Source of the DNA: Candidatus Latescibacterota bacterium
GTDB lineage: Bacteria; Latescibacterota; UBA2968; UBA8231
Length of the DNA stretch: 64,000 nt
NCBI GenBank assembly: GCA_965206595.1
Contig: OZ242214.1
Span: 5,408,001 to 5,472,000, forward strand
Reading direction: 5' to 3'
A program made the position numbers and the translations under genes. The notes under the pieces were generated by a model that saw only the letters and a list, made by a program, of their open reading frames with translations, made no database searches and was not told the DNA's origin. Shown here one piece after another: positions 44,704 to 54,348 of this stretch (position 1 is the first letter of the stretch; every line of letters begins with the position of its first letter).

Positions 44704-46059
44704 AGCCCGGGACCTGACGAACCTGCCGCGCCGCCTGATTCAGGGCTGCCGCTCCTTCCGCGCGCGGATCGTGCTCCGCGTCCTTCTTATCGGCGCAACC
44801 CTGTGGCTGCTGTTCCACACGACGGCGGGAGGATGGAGCTACCCGGCCGTAACCGTCGCCGCCGCCCTTCTCCTGCTCTACCAGATCTACGGCCTCGTCC
44901 ATTTCGTCGACCGCACCAACCGCGATCTGGCGCGCTTTCTAGCCGCCATCCGCTACGCCGACTTCTCTCAGACCTTCGTCTCCGGCGGTCTCGGCTCCTC
45001 CTTCGACGAGCTCAAGACGGCGTTCAACGAGGTGCTCGACGCCTTCCGTCTGGCGCGGGCGGAAAAGGAGGAACAGGCGCGCTACCTGCAGACCGTGGTG
45101 CAGCACATCGGCGTCGGCCTGCTCGTGTTCGACGGCGGCGGCAGGGTGTCGCTGATCAACAACGCCGCCAAACGCCTTCTGGGGGTTCCCCGGTTGGGGA
45201 ACATCGCCGACCTCGACCGCGTAAGTCCCGGCCTGGCCGCGGCCCTGAAAAACTCGGGCCCCGGGGCCGCGACCTGGTGCGCTTGGAGGAGATCCAGCTC
45301 GCCCTGCACGCCTCGGTGTTCCGCACGGGCGACCGCGAGCACACCCTGGTGGCGCTTCAGGACATCGGTCCCGACCTCGACGAAAAGGAGACGGAGGCCT
45401 GGCAGAACCTGATCCGCGTGCTGACCCACGAGATCATGAACTCCATCACCCCGATCGCCTCGCTGGCGGCCACCGCGGACGGCATGCTGAAGGAAGGGGA
45501 CCTCGACGGGGAGACCGCCGGGGACATCCGCACTGCGGTCGGCACCATCCAGCGCCGCAGCGAGGGCCTTTTGCAGTTCGTCGAGACCTACCGCGGGCTC
45601 ACCCGGGTGCCGGCGCCTTCGTTCGAGGTTGTCCCCGTGGCCGGCCTTTTCGCCCGGGTCGAGCAGCTGCTGCGGCCGCAGTTCGCCGAGTCAGGGGTAG
45701 AGTTGCACACACGGGTCGATCCCCCCGGCCTCGAGCTCACGGCGGATCCCGGCCAGGTCGAGCAGGTCCTGATCAACCTGCTGAGCAACGCTCGCGAAGC
45801 CACCGAGGGCGGCGCCGGGGCGCGCGTCGACCTGAGCGCTCACCTGGCGCGGGGGAAGGTCGTCGTCGAGGTCGCGGACAACGGGCCGGGTATCGTCGAG
45901 GAGGCGCTCGGCAAGCTCTTCATCCCCTTCTTCACGACCAGGCAGAACGGCTCGGGAATCGGACTGAGCCTGTGCCGCCAGATCATGAGGCTGCACCGCG
46001 GCTCCATCTCGGTGCGCTCGCAACCGGGGGTGCGGACGGTGTTCTCGCTGCGGTTCTGA
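44693..46059 (+). pseudogene. Sensor histidine kinase (NtrY-like, PAS), split by a 1-bp frameshift
   Basis: TM/PAS part in one frame; LTHEIMNSITPI, QVLINLLSNA, DNGPG and GSGIGL in another. The switch is at the A5 run near 45248-45252. It could be a sequencing error. Confidence 0.8.
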
Positions 46060-46297
46060 GGTGATCAGATCAGACTCAGATCGGATCAGCGGTCAGGGAG
46101 GGGAGCAAGCAAAGACGGCGGTAGTGAGGGGCGATGGCCAAGCCGCCATTTTTGTGATGTGGATGTATGGTGGGTTGCCTCCAAAGCATGGCATCGTTTT
46201 GCAGCTGGACCCTTGCTCCGGGGGGTTCACAATTTACCAGGTTCGTTTGGTGCTGCCGGAGCTGTGCAAATGCAGCGCCCGGGTAGCTGAGGACAGG

Positions 46298-46585
46298 CTA
46301 CGACGCTGCTGCAGGCTCGAAGCTGATTCGCAGCCTGGTGCCGGTACTCTGCGCAATCTTTTCCAGTGTCCTGGTGGAGGGGTGAACGCGCCCGCTCTCG
46401 AGCCGCGCGACGACCGATTGCGTCGTCTCCATGCGCTCGGCGAGCTGAGCCTGGGTGAGCCCGGCACCGATGCGGGCCTCGATCATCGAGCGGGCCAGCT
46501 CGAATTCCGGTCCAAGCTCGTTATAGGTCGTCAGGTAGTCGGGGTCCCGACTCCATTTTTCGTGCAAGTCGATTACCTTGCTCAT
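46298..46585 (-). CDS. XRE-family HTH antitoxin (HigA-like)
   Basis: ARIGAGLTQAQLAERMETTQSVVARLESGRVHPSTRTL. Confidence 0.9.
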   Translation of the reverse strand: MSKVIDLHEKWSRDPDYLTTYNELGPEFELARSMIEARIGAGLTQAQLAERMETTQSVVARLESGRVHPSTRTLEKIAQSTGTRLRISFEPAAAS

Positions 46586-46909
46586 TCCAGCACCTCCCTG
46601 GCGCGTTGCAACGCTATGTCAATCTCCCGGCGGGGCGTCCTGCGTGTCTTCTTGACAAAGACGCGCACCACCACGAGACGTTTGTCCCGGACGGTGACAT
46701 ACAGCGCACGCGATATACCATCCCTGCCGTTCATGCGCATTTCCCAGAGCGGGCCGGTCAAGTGCCTGATATGCGGTGCCCCAACGCGGTCCAATCCTAC
46801 CGCCGCGATTAACTCACTGATGCGCACGAACCGTGCGCGCATGTCGTTGGGCAGAGCGTCAAGCTCTTTGTCCACCCTCGCATTCAGGGTCTCGACGGAC
46901 TAGTTCCAT
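46582..46909 (-). pseudogene. RelE/ParE (HigB/Gp49-like) toxin with a damaged 5' end
   Basis: Core GAPHIRHLTGPLWEMRMNGRDGISRALY...FVKKTRRTP is intact. Upstream the frame reads N-*-SVETLNARV, and the ATG at 46909 is out of frame. Confidence 0.7.
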
Positions 46910-46920
46910 GACCATCCCAA

Positions 46921-46938
46921 TATAGCATATTTGATATA
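46921..46938. promoter_or_regulatory. Putative TA operator
   Basis: TATAGCA-tatt-TGATATA imperfect inverted repeat directly upstream of the toxin. Confidence 0.5.
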
Positions 46939-46992
46939 CTCGCGGCAACGATGTGTTTCTGGAAATCGCCGGCGCGTCACCTTGATACCCGG

Positions 46993-47240
46993 TCAAAGCA
47001 GACGGTCATCCGGTTCCGGCGGTTGGCCTCCGGCCCGCCGAAGAATGCACCGTGCCGCCCCGAGATCGGCCTCGGCTCCGCGTGCGGCGAAGAATTCGGC
47101 GGTTCATGGCGGAGATTTTTCGGCGACTGCCGTCGTTACGAACTGGTTGATGCTCGTCCGTCTTCCTTGCTGATCTCGGCGGAGGCCGCCTTCAGAGAAG
47201 CGGGCAGCCGCAACGGGAAAGTGCTGGTTCGTTTCTTCAT
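46993..47240 (-). pseudogene. RHH/HicB-like antitoxin pseudogene
   Basis: Not in the ORF track. MKKRTSTFPLRLPASLKAA...DG/TSINQFVTTAVAEK/SAM/TAEFFAARG...GGQPPEPDDRLL* can be reconstructed across three small deletions; ATGA overlap with the PIN stop. Confidence 0.75.
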
Positions 47241-47465
47241 TCCGATATCCTCCTCAATTCCTCCCGGGGCGAAAACACCGCGATCCCGAAGCGTGCGGGG
47301 CCATCGCCGAAATCCCGCCGGTTGAAGGTGACCAACGCATCGGCGTTGCCGTTGATGGCGGCCTCGAGCACCATCTCATCGGCAGGATCGCGAACCTGCG
47401 GACGCCACAGGAATCGTGTTTCAACGGGCTCCGCGACCAGGCAAAGCGCGGAGATGACCATGCAT
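47237..47465 (-). pseudogene. PIN-domain toxin, only the C-terminal half remains
   Basis: FLWRPQVRDPADEMVLEAAINGNADALVTFNRRDF is present; the N-terminal DTN/DTS motif is absent. Confidence 0.8.
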
Positions 47466-47483
47466 GACATCATATACGATGTC
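47466..47483. promoter_or_regulatory. Putative PIN-TA operator
   Basis: GACATC-N6-GATGTC perfect inverted repeat overlapping a minus-strand TATGAT -10. Confidence 0.5.
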
Positions 47484-47580
47484 TGCAATGATACAGAGGG
47501 TCACGGCCGGAGGTGCCGGCCGACTGGGTCGGGTATTCCTCGGTTTTTTGGAGTGAGACAGCAGCGAAGTCGAGACAGCG

Positions 47581-48393
47581 CTAAGGCTTCGGCCTGATCT
47601 TCCGATTCATCGCCCAGCGCGGGTAGTAGTCGTACACCTCGGCGTCCGGCAGCGGCGAGCCGAGCATCTGCGGCGGGATCCTGAAGGGCCCTTCCATCGT
47701 TACGGAGGTCGTGAAGGCATAGCGCAGGCCGACCGCCCGCAGGGTCCGCACCGAGGGCACGTTGAACGGCCCGACGGTGGCCATGGGAATGCCGCCGTTC
47801 CCGATGATCCAGTTGGCGGCGGCGGCGACGACGGCGCGGCCGAGGCCGCGGCCCTTGGCTTCGGGGATCACGTCCATGCCGATTTCCCACACCGGGTCGC
47901 CGCGGTCGGTTACCACGGCCAGCGCCGCGAGCCGGCCTTCCTCGGCGATGCCGAAGCCGACGACCGCTTCGGGCGCGCAGTGCCAGAAGAGGTCGTAGTC
48001 GAGGCCGCGCAGGTCGTCCGCGGTGAAGCGGCGGGGGCGCTCGTCGTCGCACGGTCCCACCGTTGATCCGTCGCCGAACAGGTACCACGTCGGGCCCCAG
48101 ATGCCGTAGCCGTGCGGCAGGGTTACCCGCGCGAGCTCGGCGCAGCCGAAGGGGGAGAAGATCATCTCCATCGGCAGGCGGCCGGCAAGTGAACGCAGTT
48201 CCTCCAACCAGTCGGCCCGGGCCGCCAGGGCGCAGCGTCCGTCCAGCTTGAGCGCCACCAGGGGGCCGCAGGCCGCCCCAGGTTCGATTTCCACCACCGG
48301 AACCGGGTCGTCGCCGAGGGCCGCCAGGGGCAACCCCAGGTGGTGTTCCGTCCAGGAGCGGAGCGGGTTGTTGAAAACGTCGGGCTGGTTCAC
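47581..48393 (-). CDS. GNAT-family N-acetyltransferase
   Basis: GTG 48393 overlaps the upstream stop; EIGMDVIPEAKGRGLGRAVV and NVPSVRTLRAVGL. Confidence 0.85.
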   Translation of the reverse strand: MNQPDVFNNPLRSWTEHHLGLPLAALGDDPVPVVEIEPGAACGPLVALKLDGRCALAARADWLEELRSLAGRLPMEMIFSPFGCAELARVTLPHGYGIWGPTWYLFGDGSTVGPCDDERPRRFTADDLRGLDYDLFWHCAPEAVVGFGIAEEGRLAALAVVTDRGDPVWEIGMDVIPEAKGRGLGRAVVAAAANWIIGNGGIPMATVGPFNVPSVRTLRAVGLRYAFTTSVTMEGPFRIPPQMLGSPLPDAEVYDYYPRWAMNRKIRPKP

Positions 48394-49769
48394 GGCAGCT
48401 TCTCCGCCAGCTCTTCGGCCGGGTAGGTGACGATTTCGGCAAGCGTCGGATGGTAGTGGGGGATGTTCATCAGGTCGCGGACGGTGCCGCGGAAGTACAT
48501 CACCGCGATCAGCTCGTGGATCAGCTCCCCGGCCTCGGGCCCGACGATGTGGCCGCCGAGCAGCTCGCCGCTGCGCGGATCGCAGATCAGCTTTACGTGA
48601 CCGTGGGTCGCCCCCATGGTCATCGACTTGCCGTGGTCCCCGAACGGGTAGGAGGCGACGAGATGGGGAATCCCTTCGGCGCGGCACTCCTTTTCCGCGC
48701 GGCCGACGCCGGCGACCGCCGGATCGGTGAAGACGACCTGGGTGCTCAGCCGCGAATCCATGCGCTTCGCCGGGCGCTCGCCGCACACGGCGTTGTGGCC
48801 GGCGGTCTCCCCCTGCTGAACGGCGATGTGGACGATTTCGTGTTCGCCGTTGACGTCTCCGACGGCGAAGATGTGCGGCTGACTGGTGCGCATCTCCTCG
48901 TCGACGGTTATGGCGCGGCCGGTTTCGACCCCTGCGGCCTCCAGCCCGAGGCCGTCGGTGTTGGGCCGCCGCCCCAGGGCCTGAAACACCAGCTGCGCCG
49001 CCGCGGTGCGCTCCTGCCCCTGGTGGGAGAAATGGGCGACAATGGCCTTTCCTTCCGAGCTGAAGCGGTGCAGCCGCGTGCCGGTGAACAGCTCCATTCC
49101 GTCCTCGCGGAAGGAGTCCTCCACCGGCCGCGCCAGGTCCTCGTCCCCCTTCGACAGGATGTGGCCGCTGCGCTGCAGGAGGGTGACCTGGGTGCCGATG
49201 CGCTGGAAGAACTGCGCCAGCTCGACGGCGACGGGGCCGCCCCCGAGAACGAGAAGCGATTGCGGCTGCTCGCGCAGCTCGAGCAGCTCGTCGCTTGTCA
49301 GGTAGCCGGCCTCGTCGAGCCCGGGGATCTCTGGCCGGGTCGCTACAGATCCGGTGGCGATGATGAAGCTGGCGGCCTTGAGGATGTGGTCCCCGGCCCG
49401 CAGCCGGTGGGGGTCCTCGAAAACGGCGCGTTCCTCGTAGAGGGTGAATCCAGGGCGGCCCAGCTGCTCGATGCGGTAGTCGGCGAAGGAGCGCACCAGG
49501 CGCTCCTTGCGGCCGATGATCGCCGCCAGGTCGGCGCCCGCCTCGACGGGCAGCAGCCCGAACTCCGGGGCCCGGCGCATCAGCGCCATGATATCGGAGG
49601 AGCGCAGGATGGTCTTGCTCGGCATGCAGCCGCGCAGGATGCACAGGCCCCCGAGGGGGCCGTGATCGACGATGGCGACGTCGGCGCCGGCGTCGCGCGC
49701 GGTGGCCGCGGCGGCGTATCCCGCGGAGCCGCCGCCGAGGACGACTACGTCGTGGGTTCGTTCAGACAT
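48390..49769 (-). CDS. Pyridine nucleotide-disulfide oxidoreductase (dihydrolipoamide dehydrogenase-like)
   Basis: GGGSAG, GGLCILRGCMPSK, ATGS, AVGD and HPTLAE. Confidence 0.9.
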   Translation of the reverse strand: MSERTHDVVVLGGGSAGYAAAATARDAGADVAIVDHGPLGGLCILRGCMPSKTILRSSDIMALMRRAPEFGLLPVEAGADLAAIIGRKERLVRSFADYRIEQLGRPGFTLYEERAVFEDPHRLRAGDHILKAASFIIATGSVATRPEIPGLDEAGYLTSDELLELREQPQSLLVLGGGPVAVELAQFFQRIGTQVTLLQRSGHILSKGDEDLARPVEDSFREDGMELFTGTRLHRFSSEGKAIVAHFSHQGQERTAAAQLVFQALGRRPNTDGLGLEAAGVETGRAITVDEEMRTSQPHIFAVGDVNGEHEIVHIAVQQGETAGHNAVCGERPAKRMDSRLSTQVVFTDPAVAGVGRAEKECRAEGIPHLVASYPFGDHGKSMTMGATHGHVKLICDPRSGELLGGHIVGPEAGELIHELIAVMYFRGTVRDLMNIPHYHPTLAEIVTYPAEELAEKLP

Positions 49770-49894
49770 GTCTGCCGTGGTGAGGTGAAGGTTGAGTTGA
49801 AGTGGAAATGGTGAAGTTCGAAATGAGGTTATACTTGCCGGTGCACCATGAACGGCCCCGGAACGACCCGCCGCAATTCCCGAAACCAGACCGC

Positions 49895-51094
49895 ATGCCG
49901 CGCACTCCGTTCGCCCTTTGCCTGACGGCCGTTGCCCTGCTGCTCCTGGCTCAGGGCGCAACTGCCGAGAAGGGGTTCGCGCCGCCGACGCTGACGATGC
50001 GGGTGTACGACGAGCGCGTGCAGCGCGGCGTCGATCTCATCTACAATCTCCGCTTCGAGGAAGCGGACCGCTACTTCGACGACCTCGTCGCTTCCTACCC
50101 GGATAATCCTCTCGGCTACTTTTTCAGGGCGATGGTTGCCTGGTGGCGGGTGTTGATCGACCTCGACGACACTTCGCACGACGAGGCATTCTACCGGCGC
50201 ATCGAGGAGTGCATCGAGATCTGCGATGCGCGCCTGCGGGTCGACGCGGACGACTTCGACGCCATCCTCTTCAAGGGAGGGGCCATCGGCTTTCGCGGGC
50301 GCCTGCGCGGCGACCGCCGCCAGATGCTGCGCGCGGCCCGGGACGGGCTCCGCTGCCTGCCGTTGCTCGAGCGCAGCCGCAGCATGGAGCCGACCAACAA
50401 GGACATCCTTTTCGGACAGGGGATCTACAACTACTTCCGCGAGGTGATCCCGCAGAAGTACCCGATCGTGCGCGCCGTCACCTGGATGCTGGAGGACGGA
50501 GACCGCGAAACCGGGCTGCGCCAGCTGCGGGAAGTCGCCGCCGGGGGTCGCTACGCCAGGGCGGAGGCGAAGTACTTCCTGGCGCAGATCTACCGCCTCT
50601 TCGAGGAAGAGGAGGCCGAAGCCCTGCCCTATCTCGAGGAGCTGCGATCCCGCTACCCCGCCAACTCGATCTTCCACCGCTACACCGCCAGGACCTACGC
50701 GTCCCTCAACCGGTGGGAGCGCGCCCTCCCCCTGTACCGCGAGGTCGTCGAACGCAGCGAAGCGGGCGCGAGGGGGTACCACCGCCGCGCCCATATCGAG
50801 GCTCTCTACTACCAGGGCTATTTCGCCTTCATCCGCAACCGGCTCGCCGAAGTGGTGCCGCCGCTGGCGGCGGCCGACAGTCTCAGCCGCGGTCTGGGCG
50901 AGCGTCCGGATGACCAGGAAGTGGGCGGCTACGTGGCGCTGTCCAACCTCTTCCTCGGCATGGCCCTCGACGGTCTGGGGCGCCGCGAGGAAGCGATGGC
51001 GCGCTACGCCCGCGTCCGCGAGCTGCCCGGTCACGGGAACAGCCACGAGCTCGCCGCGGGCCACGAGGCGAAACCGTACCGCCTGCCGCAATAG
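49895..51094 (+). CDS. Secreted TPR-repeat protein
   Basis: Signal peptide and helical TPR-like repeats (EAKYFLAQIY, EALYYQG, LFLGMALDGLGRREEA). Confidence 0.75.
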   Translation: MPRTPFALCLTAVALLLLAQGATAEKGFAPPTLTMRVYDERVQRGVDLIYNLRFEEADRYFDDLVASYPDNPLGYFFRAMVAWWRVLIDLDDTSHDEAFYRRIEECIEICDARLRVDADDFDAILFKGGAIGFRGRLRGDRRQMLRAARDGLRCLPLLERSRSMEPTNKDILFGQGIYNYFREVIPQKYPIVRAVTWMLEDGDRETGLRQLREVAAGGRYARAEAKYFLAQIYRLFEEEEAEALPYLEELRSRYPANSIFHRYTARTYASLNRWERALPLYREVVERSEAGARGYHRRAHIEALYYQGYFAFIRNRLAEVVPPLAAADSLSRGLGERPDDQEVGGYVALSNLFLGMALDGLGRREEAMARYARVRELPGHGNSHELAAGHEAKPYRLPQ

Positions 51095-51124
51095 TCCGCA
51101 TTCCGCCGGGTTCCGGACCCAGGT

Positions 51125-51685
51125 TCAGGAAAGCTCCTCCCACTGTCTCAGGATCTCGAAAAGCACCACCGCGCAGGCGCTGGCGACGTTGAGCGAGTTC
51201 TTGAAGCCGAAGACCGGTATCTCGACGAGCTCGTCGCAGGCGCGCAGCACCTCCTCGCCGACGCCGAGGGCCTCGTTGCCGAGGACCAGGGCGACGGGAC
51301 GGGGGTACTTCACCGAGGTGTGGGTCCGGCTTCGGGACGTCGTCTCCAGGGCCCAGACCGGGGTTCCCGCCCGCTGCAGTTCCTCGACGGCCAGAAGCGC
51401 CGAGTCGCGGTGCGAGGTCTCGACGTAGCCGAGGGTGCCCAGCGCGGTTTTCTCCAGCCTCGGGTGCGGCGGATGGGCGGTATAGCCGCAGGTGATGACG
51501 CGCTCGATGCGGGCGGTGTCGGCGGTGCGGAAGATCGAGCCGACGTTGAAGGCGCTGCGCAGGTTGTCGAGGACGAGGGTGACGGGAAACTTCGGCAGCC
51601 GCCGGTACTCCTCCAGCGGCAGCTGCGAGTCGCGGCTGCGGACCTCGAACCGCGTTTCCTCCCAACCGTCTTCCCGGCGCCGCAA
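51125..51685 (-). CDS. SpoU/TrmH-family RNA methyltransferase
   Basis: LDNLRSAFNVGSIFRTAD, VLGNEALGV and IPVFGFKNSLNVA. Confidence 0.92.
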   Translation of the reverse strand: MRRREDGWEETRFEVRSRDSQLPLEEYRRLPKFPVTLVLDNLRSAFNVGSIFRTADTARIERVITCGYTAHPPHPRLEKTALGTLGYVETSHRDSALLAVEELQRAGTPVWALETTSRSRTHTSVKYPRPVALVLGNEALGVGEEVLRACDELVEIPVFGFKNSLNVASACAVVLFEILRQWEELS

Positions 51686-51694
51686 CCCGGCCTC

Positions 51695-52741
51695 TCAGGA
51701 AAGGGTGACCGCTTCTCCCCGGGCCGCGGACCGGGCCGCGGCTTCGAGGACGCGCACCACATCGTGGACGCTTTCGCAGGTGACCGCCGGTTCCTCCCGC
51801 CCGAGGATGGCCGCGGCGACGTTCTCGTAGTAGCTGCGCCAGCGGCCAGGGACCGGCTCGACCGCGGTCTGCCGGGTCTCGCCGCCGTCGTCGCGGAAGA
51901 GGCTGGCGCCGTCGCGCGGCGAGGGGCGGGCGGCGTCGATGTCGCCGGCCTTCATCGCCTCTTCCTGGGGATCGAAGCCGCGCTGGATCAGGGTGCCCTC
52001 GCTGCCGGTGAGGAACCAGCGCCGTTTCGGCACCCTGGCGACCGAGGAGGTGGTCACCTGCGCCAGAACCCCGTTGGCGAAGGTCAGCAGGCAGTGGGCG
52101 TGATCCTCGACGTCGTTGTCGTGGACACCGGAGCAGAACTGGGCGTACACCCGCACGACCGGGGCGCCGGCCAGCTGCAGGGCCTGGTCGACGAGGTGGG
52201 AGCCGAGGTCGATCCAGCGCCCGCCCCCGCGGGCAGCCTCGCTGCGCCAGGTGCGTGGTTTTCTCGGGTCGTTCCAGGAGGTTTCGAGGGAGATCGGCTC
52301 GCCGACCGCTCCCTCGGCGAGCGCTTTCTGTATGGTGAGGAAGTCCCGGTCCCAGCGCCGATTCTGGAAACAGGTCAGGAGCCGGCCGCTGTCCCTGGCC
52401 GCGGCGATCATGCTGTGCGACTCGCCGGCGTTGAGGGCCATCGGCTTGTCGGTGACGACGTGCTTGCCCGCGGCGAGGGCAGCGAGCGCCTGCGGGGCGT
52501 GCAGGTCGTTGGGTGTCGCCAGCACCACGAGGTCGACCCGCTCGTCGGCGAGGGCTTCCTCGAGACGGGCGAAACGGCGGGCTCCCATCTCTTCGATCTC
52601 GCGCCCTGCCTCGGGTCGGCTGCTGACGACCCCGTAGAGATGGAGCTCCGGGACGAGGCCGATCAGATAGCAGTGGAAAAGCCGCCCGGCGACTCCGAAG
52701 CCGACGACGACTGTGTTGATGGAGGAAGGGGATGGGGGCAT
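51695..52741 (-). CDS. Gfo/Idh/MocA-family oxidoreductase
   Basis: VGFGVAG, ATPNDLH, GKHVVTDKPM, FQNRRWD and DLGSHLVDQ. Confidence 0.92.
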   Translation of the reverse strand: MPPSPSSINTVVVGFGVAGRLFHCYLIGLVPELHLYGVVSSRPEAGREIEEMGARRFARLEEALADERVDLVVLATPNDLHAPQALAALAAGKHVVTDKPMALNAGESHSMIAAARDSGRLLTCFQNRRWDRDFLTIQKALAEGAVGEPISLETSWNDPRKPRTWRSEAARGGGRWIDLGSHLVDQALQLAGAPVVRVYAQFCSGVHDNDVEDHAHCLLTFANGVLAQVTTSSVARVPKRRWFLTGSEGTLIQRGFDPQEEAMKAGDIDAARPSPRDGASLFRDDGGETRQTAVEPVPGRWRSYYENVAAAILGREEPAVTCESVHDVVRVLEAAARSAARGEAVTLS

Positions 52742-52958
52742 GGGGGCCGTGGTTTTATTGCATTGGCCGCGAAAAGCGGCAATGTTACGCGCCGTGATGG
52801 CAGCCGGCAAGCGGATGACGCCCTCCCTGGTCCGAAGCCGCCTGTCGCCTCGCGAAGTTCAACCGGGCTCGCTTGCGGGAACATCCGCGGAGGAAGGGGC
52901 ATCCTACTTTGAGCAGCGACCGGCCCCCCCGGCTCCCGCCGGGACCGCGCAGACCGCC

Positions 52959-54335
52959 TTGATTCATAATAAGAGAACCGTTCGCCTCAACGCGCTCATA
53001 ATCTGTTTCGCCGCTCTCCTCGAGACCGGCTGCGGCGCCGCCTATTCCGGCTTCATGAAGGCGCCCCTGAAGCGGCTGGAAGGGCGCGACTACGAGGGGG
53101 CCCTGGCCAATCTGGAAAAACCGGCCGGGGACACGGACATGCTCCTGTACCGGCTGGAGCGCGGGCTCATCCTTCACTACCAGGGGGAGTACGAAGCATC
53201 GGACCGGCAGTTCGAGAAGGCGGAGCGGCTGATCGACAAGCATTACACGCGCTCCGTGGTGCGGGAGGTGGGAGCCTTCCTTACCAACGACGCGATCCGC
53301 GCCTACAGCGGCGAGGAGTACGAGCGCGCCCTGATTCATTACTACCGCGCCCTCAACAGCCTGAATCTCGGAGACACGGAGAACGCTCTGATCGAATGCC
53401 GCAAGGTCAATCTCAGGCTGCAGGACTTCGCCGCCGAAGCGGAGTACGAGCTCACCTACAGGAACGACGCCTTCCTGCAGTACCTGACCGGTCTCCTGTA
53501 CGAGGCGGAAGGGGAGTGGAACGACGCCTACATCTCCTACCGGGACGCACTAAAGGGATACAGGGCGTACCGCGAGATGTTCGGGACAAGGATGCCCTCG
53601 GCCCTGCAGCGGGACATCACCGAGCTGGCCATGGCGCTGGGGTACGAAGAGGACGTCGAGGAGTACAGCGAGCGCTTTGACTTGCAGCCCGAGGATCTGC
53701 GGCAACCGCAGGGGGTCGAGATCATCGTTTTCGCGGAAAGCGGATTCATCGCCCGCAAGCACCAGCGCGAGATCTCGATGCCGATCCTCGAGGATGACGA
53801 CGGCCCTGTGTGGGAGGTTTCGAAAAGGGCCGTACATCGCTACCATCACCCCCGCCGCTACCGCAAGGTCGACTACTGGCTTCGCGTTGCCCTGCCGGAG
53901 TACGTGCCGATTCGCTCCCAGGTAGCCGGGGTCAGGCTGTCCGGGGCGGGAAGCATGGCGCAGGGGGTGCTGATGGAGGACCTGGACGCCATCGCGATCA
54001 AGAGCTTCGAGGAGAAGGAGAGGTCGGTGCTGCTGCGGACCGCCGCCCGCGCCCTTGCCAAATACCTGGCCGTCAAGAAGATAGAAGAGGAAAGCTCGGT
54101 TCTGGGGGCGATCTTCAACCTCTTCGGATCTTCGGTCGAAGCGGCCGACACCCGCGGCTGGCTGTCCCTGCCGAAAACCATATGGATGGTGCGCGTGTGG
54201 TTGCCGCCGGGAACCGCTGACCTCGATCTGGAGTTTCTCAATGCTGGGGGGCGAGTCGTCGACAGCCATCGCTTCGAGCGGATCGAGCTTCAAGGCAGCG
54301 GTCCGGTGGTGCTCAGCCACCGCAGCTTTCAGTGA
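52959..54335 (+). CDS. COG3014-like TPR lipoprotein
   Basis: Lipobox LETGC; LLYRLERG, Y.GEEYE...YRALN, A.IECRK and ADTRGWLSLP. Start uncertain. Confidence 0.8.
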   Translation: MIHNKRTVRLNALIICFAALLETGCGAAYSGFMKAPLKRLEGRDYEGALANLEKPAGDTDMLLYRLERGLILHYQGEYEASDRQFEKAERLIDKHYTRSVVREVGAFLTNDAIRAYSGEEYERALIHYYRALNSLNLGDTENALIECRKVNLRLQDFAAEAEYELTYRNDAFLQYLTGLLYEAEGEWNDAYISYRDALKGYRAYREMFGTRMPSALQRDITELAMALGYEEDVEEYSERFDLQPEDLRQPQGVEIIVFAESGFIARKHQREISMPILEDDDGPVWEVSKRAVHRYHHPRRYRKVDYWLRVALPEYVPIRSQVAGVRLSGAGSMAQGVLMEDLDAIAIKSFEEKERSVLLRTAARALAKYLAVKKIEEESSVLGAIFNLFGSSVEAADTRGWLSLPKTIWMVRVWLPPGTADLDLEFLNAGGRVVDSHRFERIELQGSGPVVLSHRSFQ

Positions 54336-54348
54336 GAAGGACGAGATC

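Noticed and set aside
47581-49644. 687-aa ORF as a large fusion protein
   Set aside because: Only the last 270 codons (GNAT) look protein-like; the rest is an off-frame overlap of the oxidoreductase.
48390-49769. Mercuric reductase MerA
   Set aside because: No C-terminal Cys-Cys, no NmerA domain and no mer genes.
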